NCBI GenBank assembly: GCA_947445775.1
Contig: CANFEB010000009.1
Location: 403-64,402, forward strand
DNA length: 64,000 nt
DNA from: Oligoflexales bacterium
Lineage (GTDB): Bacteria > Bdellovibrionota_B > Oligoflexia > Oligoflexales > RGVZ01
Direction of reading: 5' to 3'
A program made the translations under genes and the position numbers. Each line of letters begins with the position of its first letter. Position 1 is the first letter of the stretch. This document shows positions 19,211 to 29,671 of this stretch, in pieces. The notes under the pieces were generated by a model, which saw only the letters and a program-made list of their open reading frames with translations, was not told the DNA's origin and did no database searches.

Positions 19211-19975
19211 ATGAGCGCTGTATTGACCATTGCCAAAAGAGACATCAAATCGTATTTCGCGTCGCCAAAAGGTGGCGCGATCCTGTTCTTTTTTCTGATC
19301 CTGATGGGATCCTTCTTCCAGAACTTTGTGGTTAGCTACGTAGAGTATGAACAACGCGCTGCTTCGATGGGCGGTCAGGCACCGACCCTTGAACAGTTGC
19401 TCCGGGCATTTTTCTACAACCTTAACTTCATCCTCGTGCTGATCGTCCCCGCCGTAACCATGGCATCTTTCTCTGAGGAAAAGCGCAATTCATCCCTTCG
19501 CCTTCTCCAAACGGCACCCATCAAGGCCATCGAAATTGTGATGGGCAAATTTCTGGCAACAGCTGGAATGATGGGAATTGTTTTGCTGGCGGCTTCGGTA
19601 TATCCGCTTTATCTGGCCAAGTTCGGCAACCCAGATACCGGAGTCATTGCGACTTCCATGCTGGGAATGTTTCTACTGATGTGTTCGCAACTAGCCTTTG
19701 GCTTGTGGATCTCTTCCATGACCAACAACCAGTTCATGGCGTTTCTGTTCACGATGTTCGGACTTTTCTTGCTTCTCGTCTTGAACTGGCTGGCCCCGTC
19801 ACTGAGCGGCGGAGGAGTCGCCGAGACAATCATCAAGTACATCGCCTCAACGGACCATCTGGACGTGTTTCTGAAGGGCATGCTCTCCGTCAGCAACGTG
19901 GCCTACTTTCTTTGTTTCACGGCACTCTTTTTATTCCTAACAAATGTTTCACTCGATTCAGAGCGCTGGAGGTAA
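19211..19975 (+). CDS. ABC-2 type transporter permease, GldF-like
   Basis: 254 aa with six hydrophobic segments, positioned between a GldA-like ATPase and a GldG-like protein. Confidence 0.8.
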   Translation: MSAVLTIAKRDIKSYFASPKGGAILFFFLILMGSFFQNFVVSYVEYEQRAASMGGQAPTLEQLLRAFFYNLNFILVLIVPAVTMASFSEEKRNSSLRLLQTAPIKAIEIVMGKFLATAGMMGIVLLAASVYPLYLAKFGNPDTGVIATSMLGMFLLMCSQLAFGLWISSMTNNQFMAFLFTMFGLFLLLVLNWLAPSLSGGGVAETIIKYIASTDHLDVFLKGMLSVSNVAYFLCFTALFLFLTNVSLDSERWR

Positions 19976-19981
19976 TTGCCC

Positions 19982-21625
19982 ATGAGACCAGATCTACTTT
20001 TAATTCCATTTGCATCTGTCTTGGTGGCAGCGATTTCAACTGCCGTCGCCAAATCATTTCCTGCCATTACCTGGATCAAATACGGGGGATGGCTATCGGC
20101 CCTGGGGTTGATCGCCCTGTGGGTGGTCCTCGATCTCGCCAATTTCAAAGCGATGTTTGCGCGCAAAGGCGCGAAGTACGGCGCTAGTTCAGGTCTCGTA
20201 GTCCTCATGACGGTCTCGGTGATCGCGGCCATTGCCGTTGTAACCTCGCGCCCGCGCTTCGACAAAAACTTTGATCTGACACGTTCCCAAGCAAACACCC
20301 TTGCGGAGCAGTCGATCAAGATCATCCAAAACATCGAAAAGCGAAATGCCGAGGTTGAGGTTCTTGCCTTCTTTCAAGATCAAGAAAGCAAGAAACAGTT
20401 TCAAGACATTCTCGGCCTCTATGCCAGCAAGGGCGCTAAATTTAAGGTCGAGTACATCGATCCGAACCGGGAGCCCACCAAGGCGATCGGAGAAAAACTG
20501 ACTTCTGGCAATACAGTGATTTTCAAACTTGATACCGGCGGAGTGAAGCAGGAAGCCCGCATCACCACCTTTAACGAAGAGAAGATCACCAATGCTTTGG
20601 TCAAAGTCTTGAAAGACAAGGCAAAGCAGATCTACTTCACCAAGGGTCACGGAGAAAGCGCCCTTCGTGGCACGGACGCTGCTGGCATGAACGTGATGGC
20701 GGTGGAACTTGAGGGCAACAAGTACGACTTAAAGGAACTCTCCCTCCTCGAAGAGGCGAAAGTCCCTGAATTAGCTGATCTGGTTGTCATTGCCGGACCC
20801 AAGTATGATTTCAAGGTGGAGGAAACCCGCTTCCTTGAAGATCATCTCAAGCGCGGTGGTGCCTTGATGGTCATGGTTGAGGCCATGGTTCCAGTCCCGA
20901 CCCTCAATGGTCTGCTAGAAAAATATGGCATCAAATTTTCGAATGATCTTTTGATCCTCAGACCAGATGATCCCCGCACGGTCTTCCTGGGCCAGAATAA
21001 TGCGATTGTCAGTGACTTTGACGACCTGAGCCCGGTCACGAAAGACTTTGCGGCCCAATCGAAAGTCGCTGTGATCATGCCAGGGTCAAGGTCTGTCAGT
21101 GAGGTCACGGGCAATCCAGCTGGAATGAAAGTTTCCTTGGTTGCCAAAACTGCACCGGTTATTATCAAGGTCAAAAACGTCAACGGTCGCGGCGACGTCG
21201 GCGGCAATATTGGGAGCGACCGTATTGAAACCGGAACCTTCCCGGTCATGGCTGTTGCAACGGGCAGGGCCTCTGCGCCTGAGACGGCTAAGGCCGACGG
21301 GCTAAACCCAAAAGACAACAAAGACGCGAAGGAGCCCATGGAGGCGGGGGGCAAAGAAATCAGGGTAGTGGCGGTTGGATCATCACAGTTTGCCACCAAC
21401 CAGTCGGTCAACGGGCAAGAAAATCGGGACCTGTTCTTGAATGCCATCAGCTACCTGATTCAGGATGAAGATTTCATCTCGATTCGCCCGAAAGATGTGA
21501 CGAAAAGCGCTCTCAACATCACCTCGGGCTTTAGCCAGTTGCTGCTACTTGGATTGTCGTGGATTTATCCGTTTGTCTTCCTTGCAGGGGGACTGTTGTT
21601 CTGGATGAGGAGGCGCCAAGCGTGA
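19982..21625 (+). CDS. GldG-like ABC transporter auxiliary component (ABC_transp_aux family)
   Basis: N- and C-terminal TM anchors flank a large soluble domain. Gene order A-F-G. ATG at 19982 is preceded by GGAGG. Confidence 0.7.
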   Translation: MRPDLLLIPFASVLVAAISTAVAKSFPAITWIKYGGWLSALGLIALWVVLDLANFKAMFARKGAKYGASSGLVVLMTVSVIAAIAVVTSRPRFDKNFDLTRSQANTLAEQSIKIIQNIEKRNAEVEVLAFFQDQESKKQFQDILGLYASKGAKFKVEYIDPNREPTKAIGEKLTSGNTVIFKLDTGGVKQEARITTFNEEKITNALVKVLKDKAKQIYFTKGHGESALRGTDAAGMNVMAVELEGNKYDLKELSLLEEAKVPELADLVVIAGPKYDFKVEETRFLEDHLKRGGALMVMVEAMVPVPTLNGLLEKYGIKFSNDLLILRPDDPRTVFLGQNNAIVSDFDDLSPVTKDFAAQSKVAVIMPGSRSVSEVTGNPAGMKVSLVAKTAPVIIKVKNVNGRGDVGGNIGSDRIETGTFPVMAVATGRASAPETAKADGLNPKDNKDAKEPMEAGGKEIRVVAVGSSQFATNQSVNGQENRDLFLNAISYLIQDEDFISIRPKDVTKSALNITSGFSQLLLLGLSWIYPFVFLAGGLLFWMRRRQA

Positions 21626-22989
21626 CCTTGAAACCTCAAATCAAAACAGCCGCTCTCCTTTTCGGCGTCCTACTCGTTTTGGGCGGGCTTGCCAGCTGGG
21701 ATGAATGGCAAACCAAGCGTGACGGCAAGAAAAAGGAGACTGAAAACCTCCTGCTTGCGATCGAGCCGGAAAAGATCGTTGGAATCGAATTCTCCAACCG
21801 GGAGTCCAAGGACCCCGTGAATATTTCGATGTCTAAAAGTGAAGGCAAGTGGGCCATCTCAAGTCCAGTAAGTGTCGCCGCTGACCAGCAGGCTGTGGAC
21901 AACCTGTTAACAACCCTGAGGGACTATAAGTTCGAAAAGGTTGTGATTGAATCAAACGCTGACCTGGCGGCATTCGGTCTGGACAAACCCCGGCGTGTTA
22001 TCCAGCTGAAAACCGAAAAAGGACCGCTGACACTTCTGGTTGGCGCCAATGCACCGGTTGGATATTCGGTTTACGCCTCCATTGAGGGAACAGGTAAAGT
22101 TTATGTTGGCAGCCAGCACCTTGCCGTCTCGACTGGCAAGTCGCTCCACGACCTACGCAATAAGGCGCTCTTGACGCTGGATCCGGCTCAAGTAACCCAG
22201 TTGGAGCTGATTCGTCCCGGGCAACCTTCAGTGACGATAGCCAAGGACACGGCAGGATCCTTTGCCATCATCAAGCCGGAGGCCCTTCAGGCAGATCAGA
22301 CGTCGGTCCGAAATTTTCTGGATGAAATTGCCAAGGCAAACGCCACGGCGTTTTTTGATAATCCAGATCCCAAGCTCAAAAATTCATTCAACGGCCGTGG
22401 ACTGGCTGAAATTCGCTTGAAATTAGCCGATGGCAAAGCAACCAATCTGAAATTTATCGAAGCCGATAAAAAGGTGCATGCATGGGCTGGTGGCAGTGAA
22501 GCTGTTGCCCAGCTAGCTGATGATGTCAAAACCAAGATTGCAAAAACAGCCGCCGACTTTCGGGACCGCAAAATTTTTAGCTTTGCCGGCGATAAAGCCA
22601 TGGAAGTGGTTTTGGACGGCAAGGCTTATAAAAAGAATGCTGGTGATTGGCACGCAGCTGACGATGCGACCAAACCTGCTCCGCAAATCCGTTCACTTTT
22701 GGTGGACTTGGAATTTGCCAAGGCCTCCGAGATCTTTGCCCTGAAGGACAAGGCTGTTGTGGATTCCACCGCTCTTGCCGCCGCTCATTCCCTGAAGATT
22801 TCTTTCGACGGTGGTGCCACGCCTCTCGAGATCAGCCTTTGGGAGAAAAAGGGATCGCCAGAATCCTGGTTGCTGAATCATTCGGAGTCAAAGGCCAAAA
22901 AAATCGCGTATGCGGTCAGCAAGTCCTCACTGTCGGCGATTGAGCCGCCAAAAGAAGCGCCTGTGCTTCCGACTCCTGAGCACAATTAG
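21622..22989 (+). CDS. DUF4340-like protein (partner of GldG-type ABC systems)
   Basis: GTGA overlap with the GldG-like stop and a GAGGAGG SD. N-terminal anchor followed by a repetitive beta-rich domain. Family call rests on context and general resemblance. Confidence 0.55.
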   Translation: MTLKPQIKTAALLFGVLLVLGGLASWDEWQTKRDGKKKETENLLLAIEPEKIVGIEFSNRESKDPVNISMSKSEGKWAISSPVSVAADQQAVDNLLTTLRDYKFEKVVIESNADLAAFGLDKPRRVIQLKTEKGPLTLLVGANAPVGYSVYASIEGTGKVYVGSQHLAVSTGKSLHDLRNKALLTLDPAQVTQLELIRPGQPSVTIAKDTAGSFAIIKPEALQADQTSVRNFLDEIAKANATAFFDNPDPKLKNSFNGRGLAEIRLKLADGKATNLKFIEADKKVHAWAGGSEAVAQLADDVKTKIAKTAADFRDRKIFSFAGDKAMEVVLDGKAYKKNAGDWHAADDATKPAPQIRSLLVDLEFAKASEIFALKDKAVVDSTALAAAHSLKISFDGGATPLEISLWEKKGSPESWLLNHSESKAKKIAYAVSKSSLSAIEPPKEAPVLPTPEHN

Positions 22990-23010
22990 CGGGCATTGAT
23001 TTTTATCGCC

Positions 23011-23943
23011 TTAAGGCTCCATCTGACGCCGCCGCGTCCCAAGCGCGGCGGCCATCGACCCTGCGACTACCAGTCCAGCCCCCAAGAATTGAAGCGAGTT
23101 TGTTGAAATCGGGCGAAACATCTCGCCTTGCACCACAGTTGACTCGATGATCCCTGCAAAAAAGGTCACTATCGGCGTTAGTGCCAAGATTGCGCTAACC
23201 CGGGGCGCCTCCCACCTGCGCACAGCCTCGGCAAAGCAGCCGTAAGCAATCACCGTATTTACGCAACAAAAGAGCAAGTACCCACCCTGAGACCAAGTCA
23301 AACTTGTGGCCGCCCCGGGGGATGAAAACGGTCCCAGCAATACTCCGGCGCCTGCGTACCCCGCCAACAAGATAAAAGAACTTGGAAACTGCGCCGCCAA
23401 AAACTTTTGAATGAGGGCGTAGATAGCCCAGGCAATGGCTGCCAAAATTACGAGAACAACGCCCGTTGATTCATCCCTTGTTCCAATGCCAGCCAGAACT
23501 TCAGTCCCCGCCTGACCTTGGCCCCCTGAGTAAAACACCCAGAGTCCAGCCAGCATCACCATAAATCCCAATATTTGCCGGCGGCGAAGCTTTTCCGAAA
23601 AAAAATACCACCCGCCAAGAGCTAGAAAAAATGGCCCCGTCTGGATCGTCAATTGAGCGACTGACGGCGCCACCAGATGAAGCCCAGCCAGAAACAACCA
23701 GTAGTTGGCGGCCATTGCCATAGCCACACAACCCAAGATGGCAATATTACGCCTGGTGAATTTTGCCGGAGTGGGCCACTTGCCCGTCCAAAGATAATAG
23801 CTACCGACCACGATGGTGGCGAAAACAAGGCGGACCCAGGTAATGGTCAAAGGATCCAGATGCTGCAAAACCCGTTTCAAGGCAACCGGAAGTACGCCCC
23901 ACATGAGGGCCGTAACTAGGCTCAAAATCAAACCGCTATTCAT
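23011..23943 (-). CDS. EamA/DMT family transporter
   Basis: About 10 TM segments with two EamA-like halves. ATG at 23943 overlaps the lgt-like stop by 8 nt. Confidence 0.75.
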   Translation of the reverse strand: MNSGLILSLVTALMWGVLPVALKRVLQHLDPLTITWVRLVFATIVVGSYYLWTGKWPTPAKFTRRNIAILGCVAMAMAANYWLFLAGLHLVAPSVAQLTIQTGPFFLALGGWYFFSEKLRRRQILGFMVMLAGLWVFYSGGQGQAGTEVLAGIGTRDESTGVVLVILAAIAWAIYALIQKFLAAQFPSSFILLAGYAGAGVLLGPFSSPGAATSLTWSQGGYLLFCCVNTVIAYGCFAEAVRRWEAPRVSAILALTPIVTFFAGIIESTVVQGEMFRPISTNSLQFLGAGLVVAGSMAAALGTRRRQMEP

Positions 23944-24655
23944 GACGTATTTTCCGCCCAAGAATCCAGCATCCAGTCCCAAACATGATCATCGCCAAAA
24001 ATTGTGGCGGAGAAATTTTCAGTGACCCCACCAAAGAGATAGCCGGGCCGCGCCAGTCACCACGAAACTCTTCTAAAATAAAACGTGCCCATGAATACCA
24101 AATAAGCACCATGCCGGCGGCCATGCCTGGGTGATTAGATGGCCTCAAAAAAATGCCGCACTTGCTTATGCCGGCAATCAACAAGACGCCCGTGAGGCAC
24201 GCCAGCGACTCGTATAGTTGAACCGGATGACCGACAATGCCGTAATCACATCCATTCAGAAAACAGCCAACGCGGCCAATGGAGAACCCCAGCAAAATGG
24301 GGAGGGCTGCCGCGTCGGCAACCACCATCACGCCGATGCCAAAAAATATGGATGCTGCGCCACCGGCCATGGCTCCACCAAGAAATCCCCCTGAAGATGA
24401 CATGGCAAAATGAGGGGCATCGCCGCCGGGAAGTCCGCCCCAATTCTCAACAAAATAGGACCAAGCAAGTGCCCCCAGAATGGCACCCAGATAAGTTGCG
24501 AGAAAAATTGCGCTAACAAAAAAATTCGCTAATTGCGGGATCGCCTTGCGTATTTGATAGCGAAAATAGAAAAAAGCCGCCATTGCCGCTACCGCTAAGC
24601 AGAAATGCCAGGCTGGAACCGGCAGACCCAAAAAATGAAATAGAACAGGCCTCAT
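23936..24655 (-). CDS. lgt: Prolipoprotein diacylglyceryl transferase-like protein
   Basis: Lgt-like motifs GRVGCFLNGCDYG, PVQLYES and ARFILEEFRGD. ATG at 24655 lies 4 nt after the nuoN stop. Confidence 0.7.
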   Translation of the reverse strand: MRPVLFHFLGLPVPAWHFCLAVAAMAAFFYFRYQIRKAIPQLANFFVSAIFLATYLGAILGALAWSYFVENWGGLPGGDAPHFAMSSSGGFLGGAMAGGAASIFFGIGVMVVADAAALPILLGFSIGRVGCFLNGCDYGIVGHPVQLYESLACLTGVLLIAGISKCGIFLRPSNHPGMAAGMVLIWYSWARFILEEFRGDWRGPAISLVGSLKISPPQFLAMIMFGTGCWILGRKIRHE

Positions 24656-24659
24656 CGTT

Positions 24660-26165
24660 TTATTTACGGGCAATCTCTGCCGCGGTGCCGACCAAACGCT
24701 CCATGGCCTCGCCCGGTAGTATTGTACCCAGCAACACGGTGATCGCAACCGACAGGGCAAGAATCGCCGCCGTCAAACTGAATCGTCCACTTGCCGCCTT
24801 GACGGCGCCGAATGGAGCCACAGCATCAGCCATATACATGCGAACCACAATGCGCAGGTAGTAAAACAGGGAAATTGAGCTGCCAATGACACCAATCAGC
24901 ACCAAGCCATAGAGGTGATTAGTTAAAGCAGCGTTGAAAATAAAAAACTTACCGATGAAACCGGCAGTCGGGGGCATTCCAGAAAAACTAAACATGAAAA
25001 CCGTCATCGCACCCGCCAGCCATGGGTGGTTCTTGGCTAGGCCCGACAAATCATCAATGGTAAGTTGGTCATTGTCCTCGGTTTCAAGCGCCATGACGAC
25101 AGCGAAGGCGCCCAAGGAAACTACAACGTAAGACAAAAGATAAAACAAAATGGCCCGGACGGGCAGTCCCGTTGCTGTTGTAGAAAGCGCGCAAATTGCG
25201 ACGGCCATGTAACCGCTGTGGGCAATCGATGAATAGGCCAGCATCCGTTTCAAATTGGTCTGAACGAGGGCCATGATGTTTCCCACAATCATCGAAAGCA
25301 CGGCCAAAATAATGATCGCCGGATACCAAACCTCATTCATGCTGGAAAACGTACCGGTAAAAAGGCGCAGTGCCACCGTTAAAATCATGATTTTCACCGT
25401 CGTGGCCATGAACGCAGTGATTCCAGTTGGGGCAGACTCATAGGCGTCGGGGGCCCACATATGAAACGGCACCAGCGCCAACTTGAAGGCAAGGCCGACA
25501 AGGGTCAGCAAGGCACCAATGCGCGCCCAGCCATGCCCCGCCACCGAAGGCAGCGCCGCAACAATGCCGCTCATGCGCATCGTCCCGCAGGATGCATAAA
25601 GCAGCGCCATACCGAACAATAAAATAGCCGCCGCCACAGAGCCGAGAATAAAATACTTGATGGCGCCTTCCTGGCTGCGGCGGTTCGAATTGGTATAGCC
25701 GATAACCACGTATAGCCCAATTGAAGCCAGCTCTAGCCCGACAAACAAAGTCACTAGGTCGTCACTGGCAATCATGACCAGCATCCCGGAAAGCAGCATC
25801 AAAAACAGGCTGACAATCTCGCCGCGAAAGAAACTGGCACCGGAGTGATGTTCCCGCATCATCATCATGACGCCCACAGCGACCGCCATGATCATCACCT
25901 CACCAAAGCGCGACAGCGTGCCGCTCAGCAATCCGCCCGCCAAATATTCCGTCGGCGCCGTTGGAATCATCGTTGTCGCCGCCATCGCTGCCAACACAGT
26001 TATCCAGGCAGTCGATTCAACTGCTCCACGGGACCCTAGGCTTTTCGAGACGGACTGAAGCAAGGCAATCATGCTGCCCACAACCAGAATCAAAACTGGC
26101 GCCGCGGTGATATATAATTCTGAGCTGATTTCAGGAAAACTAAACACGAAAAACCTCTTTTCCAA
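24660..26165 (-). CDS. nuoN: NADH-quinone oxidoreductase subunit N
   Basis: 501-aa Mrp/ND2-type antiporter-like subunit, last in the L-M-N series. Confidence 0.9.
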   Translation of the reverse strand: MEKRFFVFSFPEISSELYITAAPVLILVVGSMIALLQSVSKSLGSRGAVESTAWITVLAAMAATTMIPTAPTEYLAGGLLSGTLSRFGEVMIMAVAVGVMMMMREHHSGASFFRGEIVSLFLMLLSGMLVMIASDDLVTLFVGLELASIGLYVVIGYTNSNRRSQEGAIKYFILGSVAAAILLFGMALLYASCGTMRMSGIVAALPSVAGHGWARIGALLTLVGLAFKLALVPFHMWAPDAYESAPTGITAFMATTVKIMILTVALRLFTGTFSSMNEVWYPAIIILAVLSMIVGNIMALVQTNLKRMLAYSSIAHSGYMAVAICALSTTATGLPVRAILFYLLSYVVVSLGAFAVVMALETEDNDQLTIDDLSGLAKNHPWLAGAMTVFMFSFSGMPPTAGFIGKFFIFNAALTNHLYGLVLIGVIGSSISLFYYLRIVVRMYMADAVAPFGAVKAASGRFSLTAAILALSVAITVLLGTILPGEAMERLVGTAAEIARK

Positions 26166-26167
26166 AT

Positions 26168-27694
26168 TCAGTGGGAATCAATCGCTAGGCTATAGCTGCG
26201 ATAATTCTTGGCCAAATGCTCAATAGAGGCTTTGGACTTGCCGATAAAAAATTCTGGGAACACGCCCATGACGATGATCAGCACGGCCAAGGGCACGAGA
26301 TAAGCAAATTCCAACGGGGTAAGATCTTTAAGTTTCTTGTTTTCTTCGTGGGTCAGCGGCCCAAACAGGATTTTTCGGCATAGTGTCAGCATGTAGATGG
26401 CACCGAGTAATACACCTGTCCCGGCCAAAAGCGCGGCGCCAGGAGACGACTGAAAGGTGCCAAGGAGGATCAGAAACTCACCGACAAATCCGCCCGTGCC
26501 CGGTAGGCCGACGGAGCCTAAAGTGGCGACGATCAAAATGACTGAATACCAGGGCATCGCCGAGGCAAGGCCACCGAAGTCGGCAAGCATGCGAGTATGG
26601 CGGCGCTCATAAATCACTCCAACCAAAAAGAATAATGCGCCAGTGGATACGCCGTGATTGATCATTTGATAAAGCGCGCCCGTCAAAGCTTCGCTCGACA
26701 GGCTGCCATCAGCAAGCAGGGCCACGGATCCAATCACAACGAATCCAAGATGTGACACGGAAGAATATGCGACAAGTTTTTTGGCATCTTTTTGCACCCA
26801 GGCAGTCAACGCGCCATAGATGATTCCCACCAGACCGAGAAACACAAGTATCGGCGCAAAGGTCGGCACGGCCTGAGGAAACAGCGGAATCGCGAAACGC
26901 AGAAACCCGTATGTACCCATTTTCAACAATACGCCCGCGAGGATAACCGAGCCTGCGGTCGGGGCTTCAACGTGAGCATCGGGCAACCATGTGTGAAATG
27001 GCCACATTGGAACCTTGATCGCAAAGGCCAGAGCAAAACACCCGAACAGCCACAACTGCGTTCGTGGATCAAGCGACGCACTGTAAAGGTCGAGGATGCT
27101 GGTTGAGTAAATACCCGTCTGCCGGTGATAACTGATATAGAGGACAATGGCTGCCGCAAGCATTAAAAGGGATCCGACCACCGTGTATAAAATGAACTTG
27201 GTCGTTGCGTAAATCCGACGCGCTCCGCCCCAAATGCCGATGATGAAATACATCGGGATCAGCATGGCTTCCCAGAACACATAAAAAAAGACGAGATCAA
27301 GGGCCACAAGTGCGCCGAGCATCCCGGTTTGCAGGGCCATGATCGCGCCAAGAAAAAAGCGTAAATTCTTAACATGGCTATGCCACAGGCTCAGAATGAC
27401 CAACGGCAACAGCGCTGTCGTCAGCATAACCAAAAGCAGGCTGATACCATCCACACCAAAAATCGCCCGGATTCCAAATTCAGGCATCCAAATATAACTT
27501 TCGACAAACTGTACTTTTGCAGAGGCAGCATCGAAATAGTGCCAAACGTGGAGGCTGACAAAAAAAGTCAGGATCGATCCGGCGAGAGCTGCCAAACGGG
27601 CAAACTGGTCACTTGGAACCAGAAAGATACCCGCCCCAACCAAAAGGGGAAGAAATGTCATGATGCTCAATACGTGTGAATTAAAAAATTCCAT
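26168..27694 (-). CDS. nuoM: NADH-quinone oxidoreductase subunit M
   Basis: 508-aa ND4-like protein (…WLPDAHVEAPTAGSVILAGVLLK…). Confidence 0.92.
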   Translation of the reverse strand: MEFFNSHVLSIMTFLPLLVGAGIFLVPSDQFARLAALAGSILTFFVSLHVWHYFDAASAKVQFVESYIWMPEFGIRAIFGVDGISLLLVMLTTALLPLVILSLWHSHVKNLRFFLGAIMALQTGMLGALVALDLVFFYVFWEAMLIPMYFIIGIWGGARRIYATTKFILYTVVGSLLMLAAAIVLYISYHRQTGIYSTSILDLYSASLDPRTQLWLFGCFALAFAIKVPMWPFHTWLPDAHVEAPTAGSVILAGVLLKMGTYGFLRFAIPLFPQAVPTFAPILVFLGLVGIIYGALTAWVQKDAKKLVAYSSVSHLGFVVIGSVALLADGSLSSEALTGALYQMINHGVSTGALFFLVGVIYERRHTRMLADFGGLASAMPWYSVILIVATLGSVGLPGTGGFVGEFLILLGTFQSSPGAALLAGTGVLLGAIYMLTLCRKILFGPLTHEENKKLKDLTPLEFAYLVPLAVLIIVMGVFPEFFIGKSKASIEHLAKNYRSYSLAIDSH

Positions 27695-27723
27695 CTTAAA
27701 GACCTGCGCAATAATCGATCGCG

Positions 27724-29655
27724 TTAAACAACAAGAACAACGAGCAAAACCACAAGCCCCATCACCAACACCATGCTGTGACGATGAACGCTACCGGTCA
27801 TCCGAAAGCTAGCCAATCCAGCCGCAAGGGCACAAACTTGGCCTACCCCGTTGACGATCCCATCGATGATTTTCACATCGAAAATCCCCCAAAGGAATTC
27901 GGACATGTCACGCAACGGCTGGACAATCCAAGCATCATAGAATTCATCGACATAATACTTGTTGGACAACGTGTCGTAGGTACCGCGCATGTTAGTTGCC
28001 CATTTGCCAAGCACCGGAGCAGGCCCGTTTGCATAAAGCTTCACGGCGATTGCAGAGGCCACCAACATCACACCGACTGAAGCCGCCATCAGCCCCATCT
28101 CAAGAGAGTGGGAATGATGGGCCGTCAGCGACCCCCAATTTGCAGCAACTTGATTTGGCACCATCATGACCGGTTCCAAAAAGTGATGGAAAACATTCTG
28201 TCCGCCCAGGACTTCCGGAACACCCAGGTAACCTATCCCTGCGCTCAGAAGGGCCAAAACCACCAGCGGTGCCCACATCATTGGGGATGTCTCATGCAAA
28301 TGGTCACGGGTATGGTGATCGCTGCGATTCGGTCCATAGAACGTCATGCACAGCAAACGGACCATATAGAATGAAGTGAGGCCTGCCGTGACAGCACCCA
28401 AAGCCCACAAGGCAGGTCCGCCCCCGGTAAATACCTTCCAGAGGATCTCATCCTTCGAGAAAAAACCCGACAAACCGGGAAACCCGATGATGGCCAATAC
28501 TCCCGTCAGAAACACCATGTGTGTGATGGGCATGTATTTGGAGAGGCCGCCCATTTCGCGCATGTCTTGCTTGTGGTGCATCGCGACAATGACGCTACCG
28601 GCACCAAGAAACAACAAAGCCTTAAAACAGGCGTGGGTTAAAAGATGAAAGACACCGGCATCAAACGCGCCGACACCGCATGCCATCACCATGTATCCAA
28701 GTTGACTCACGGTGGAGTAGGCGAGGACTTTTTTGATGTCGTTTTGAACCATGGCGATCGTCGCCGCGAAGAAGGCCGTAAGGCCACCGACCACCGCCAC
28801 AACCGTCATGGTGGACGGTGCCAGATAGAACAGAAAATTGACCCGGGCCATCATGTAGATACCAGCCGTGACCATGGTTGCGGCATGGATCAGCGCCGAA
28901 ACCGGGGTCGGACCCGCCATGGCGTCTGGCAGCCAGACATACAGCGGCAATTGGGCCGATTTACCGCAGGCACCGATAAACATGCAGAGCGTGATCCAAC
29001 CAACTGCGCCGAGTTTGATCGCATCCAAAGTCCCACTTCCGACCATTTCCCGAAGCTCGCTGAACGAAACGGTTCCAAAGTGCTTGAAGGTCAAAAAGAT
29101 ACCAAGAAGAAAGCCGATGTCACCAATGCGGTTCACGATGAATGCCTTCATCCCGGCTGCGGCATTGGCATCATCTTGAAACCAGTAACCAATCAGCAGG
29201 TAACTGCAAAGGCCCACGCCCTCCCAACCCACAAACATGACCAGCATGTTATCGCCCAAGACAAGGAGCAGCATCATGAACACAAACAGGTTCAGATAGG
29301 AGAAAAACCGACTGGTTCGCTCCTCCTCATGCATGTAACCACCGGCATAAATGTGGATCAGTGATCCAATGCCCGTGACAATCAGAATCATAAGTCCCGA
29401 CAAACGGTCCAAAATCAAATTGAACGGCGCCGAGAATCCGCCCGCAGAAATCCACGGCATTCCGTGAATGATCCGCGCCTCGCCACCGGCCCCCATCATT
29501 TGTACAAACGCCGTCACGGCACAGGCGAATGAAGCCAGCATCACTGCCACCGCAATGGCGTGTGAAACCGCCTTTGGGGCTTTGCGCAAAACGAGGCCGT
29601 TGATTGCAGCGCCGAGCAGCGGTAAAAAGACCATCATCCAAATCATGTGCAGCAT
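27724..29655 (-). CDS. nuoL: NADH-quinone oxidoreductase subunit L
   Basis: 643-aa ND5-like protein (…WLPDAMAGPTPVSALIHAATMVTAG…) with a C-terminal lateral-helix extension. Confidence 0.92.
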   Translation of the reverse strand: MLHMIWMMVFLPLLGAAINGLVLRKAPKAVSHAIAVAVMLASFACAVTAFVQMMGAGGEARIIHGMPWISAGGFSAPFNLILDRLSGLMILIVTGIGSLIHIYAGGYMHEEERTSRFFSYLNLFVFMMLLLVLGDNMLVMFVGWEGVGLCSYLLIGYWFQDDANAAAGMKAFIVNRIGDIGFLLGIFLTFKHFGTVSFSELREMVGSGTLDAIKLGAVGWITLCMFIGACGKSAQLPLYVWLPDAMAGPTPVSALIHAATMVTAGIYMMARVNFLFYLAPSTMTVVAVVGGLTAFFAATIAMVQNDIKKVLAYSTVSQLGYMVMACGVGAFDAGVFHLLTHACFKALLFLGAGSVIVAMHHKQDMREMGGLSKYMPITHMVFLTGVLAIIGFPGLSGFFSKDEILWKVFTGGGPALWALGAVTAGLTSFYMVRLLCMTFYGPNRSDHHTRDHLHETSPMMWAPLVVLALLSAGIGYLGVPEVLGGQNVFHHFLEPVMMVPNQVAANWGSLTAHHSHSLEMGLMAASVGVMLVASAIAVKLYANGPAPVLGKWATNMRGTYDTLSNKYYVDEFYDAWIVQPLRDMSEFLWGIFDVKIIDGIVNGVGQVCALAAGLASFRMTGSVHRHSMVLVMGLVVLLVVLVV

Positions 29656-29671
29656 CTCCTCAGAGGCATTT

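Noticed and set aside
28645-29364. 239-aa plus-strand ORF inside nuoL
   Set aside because: Antisense to nuoL. The His/Arg/Asp/Gly-rich, low-complexity translation is a mirror-frame artefact.
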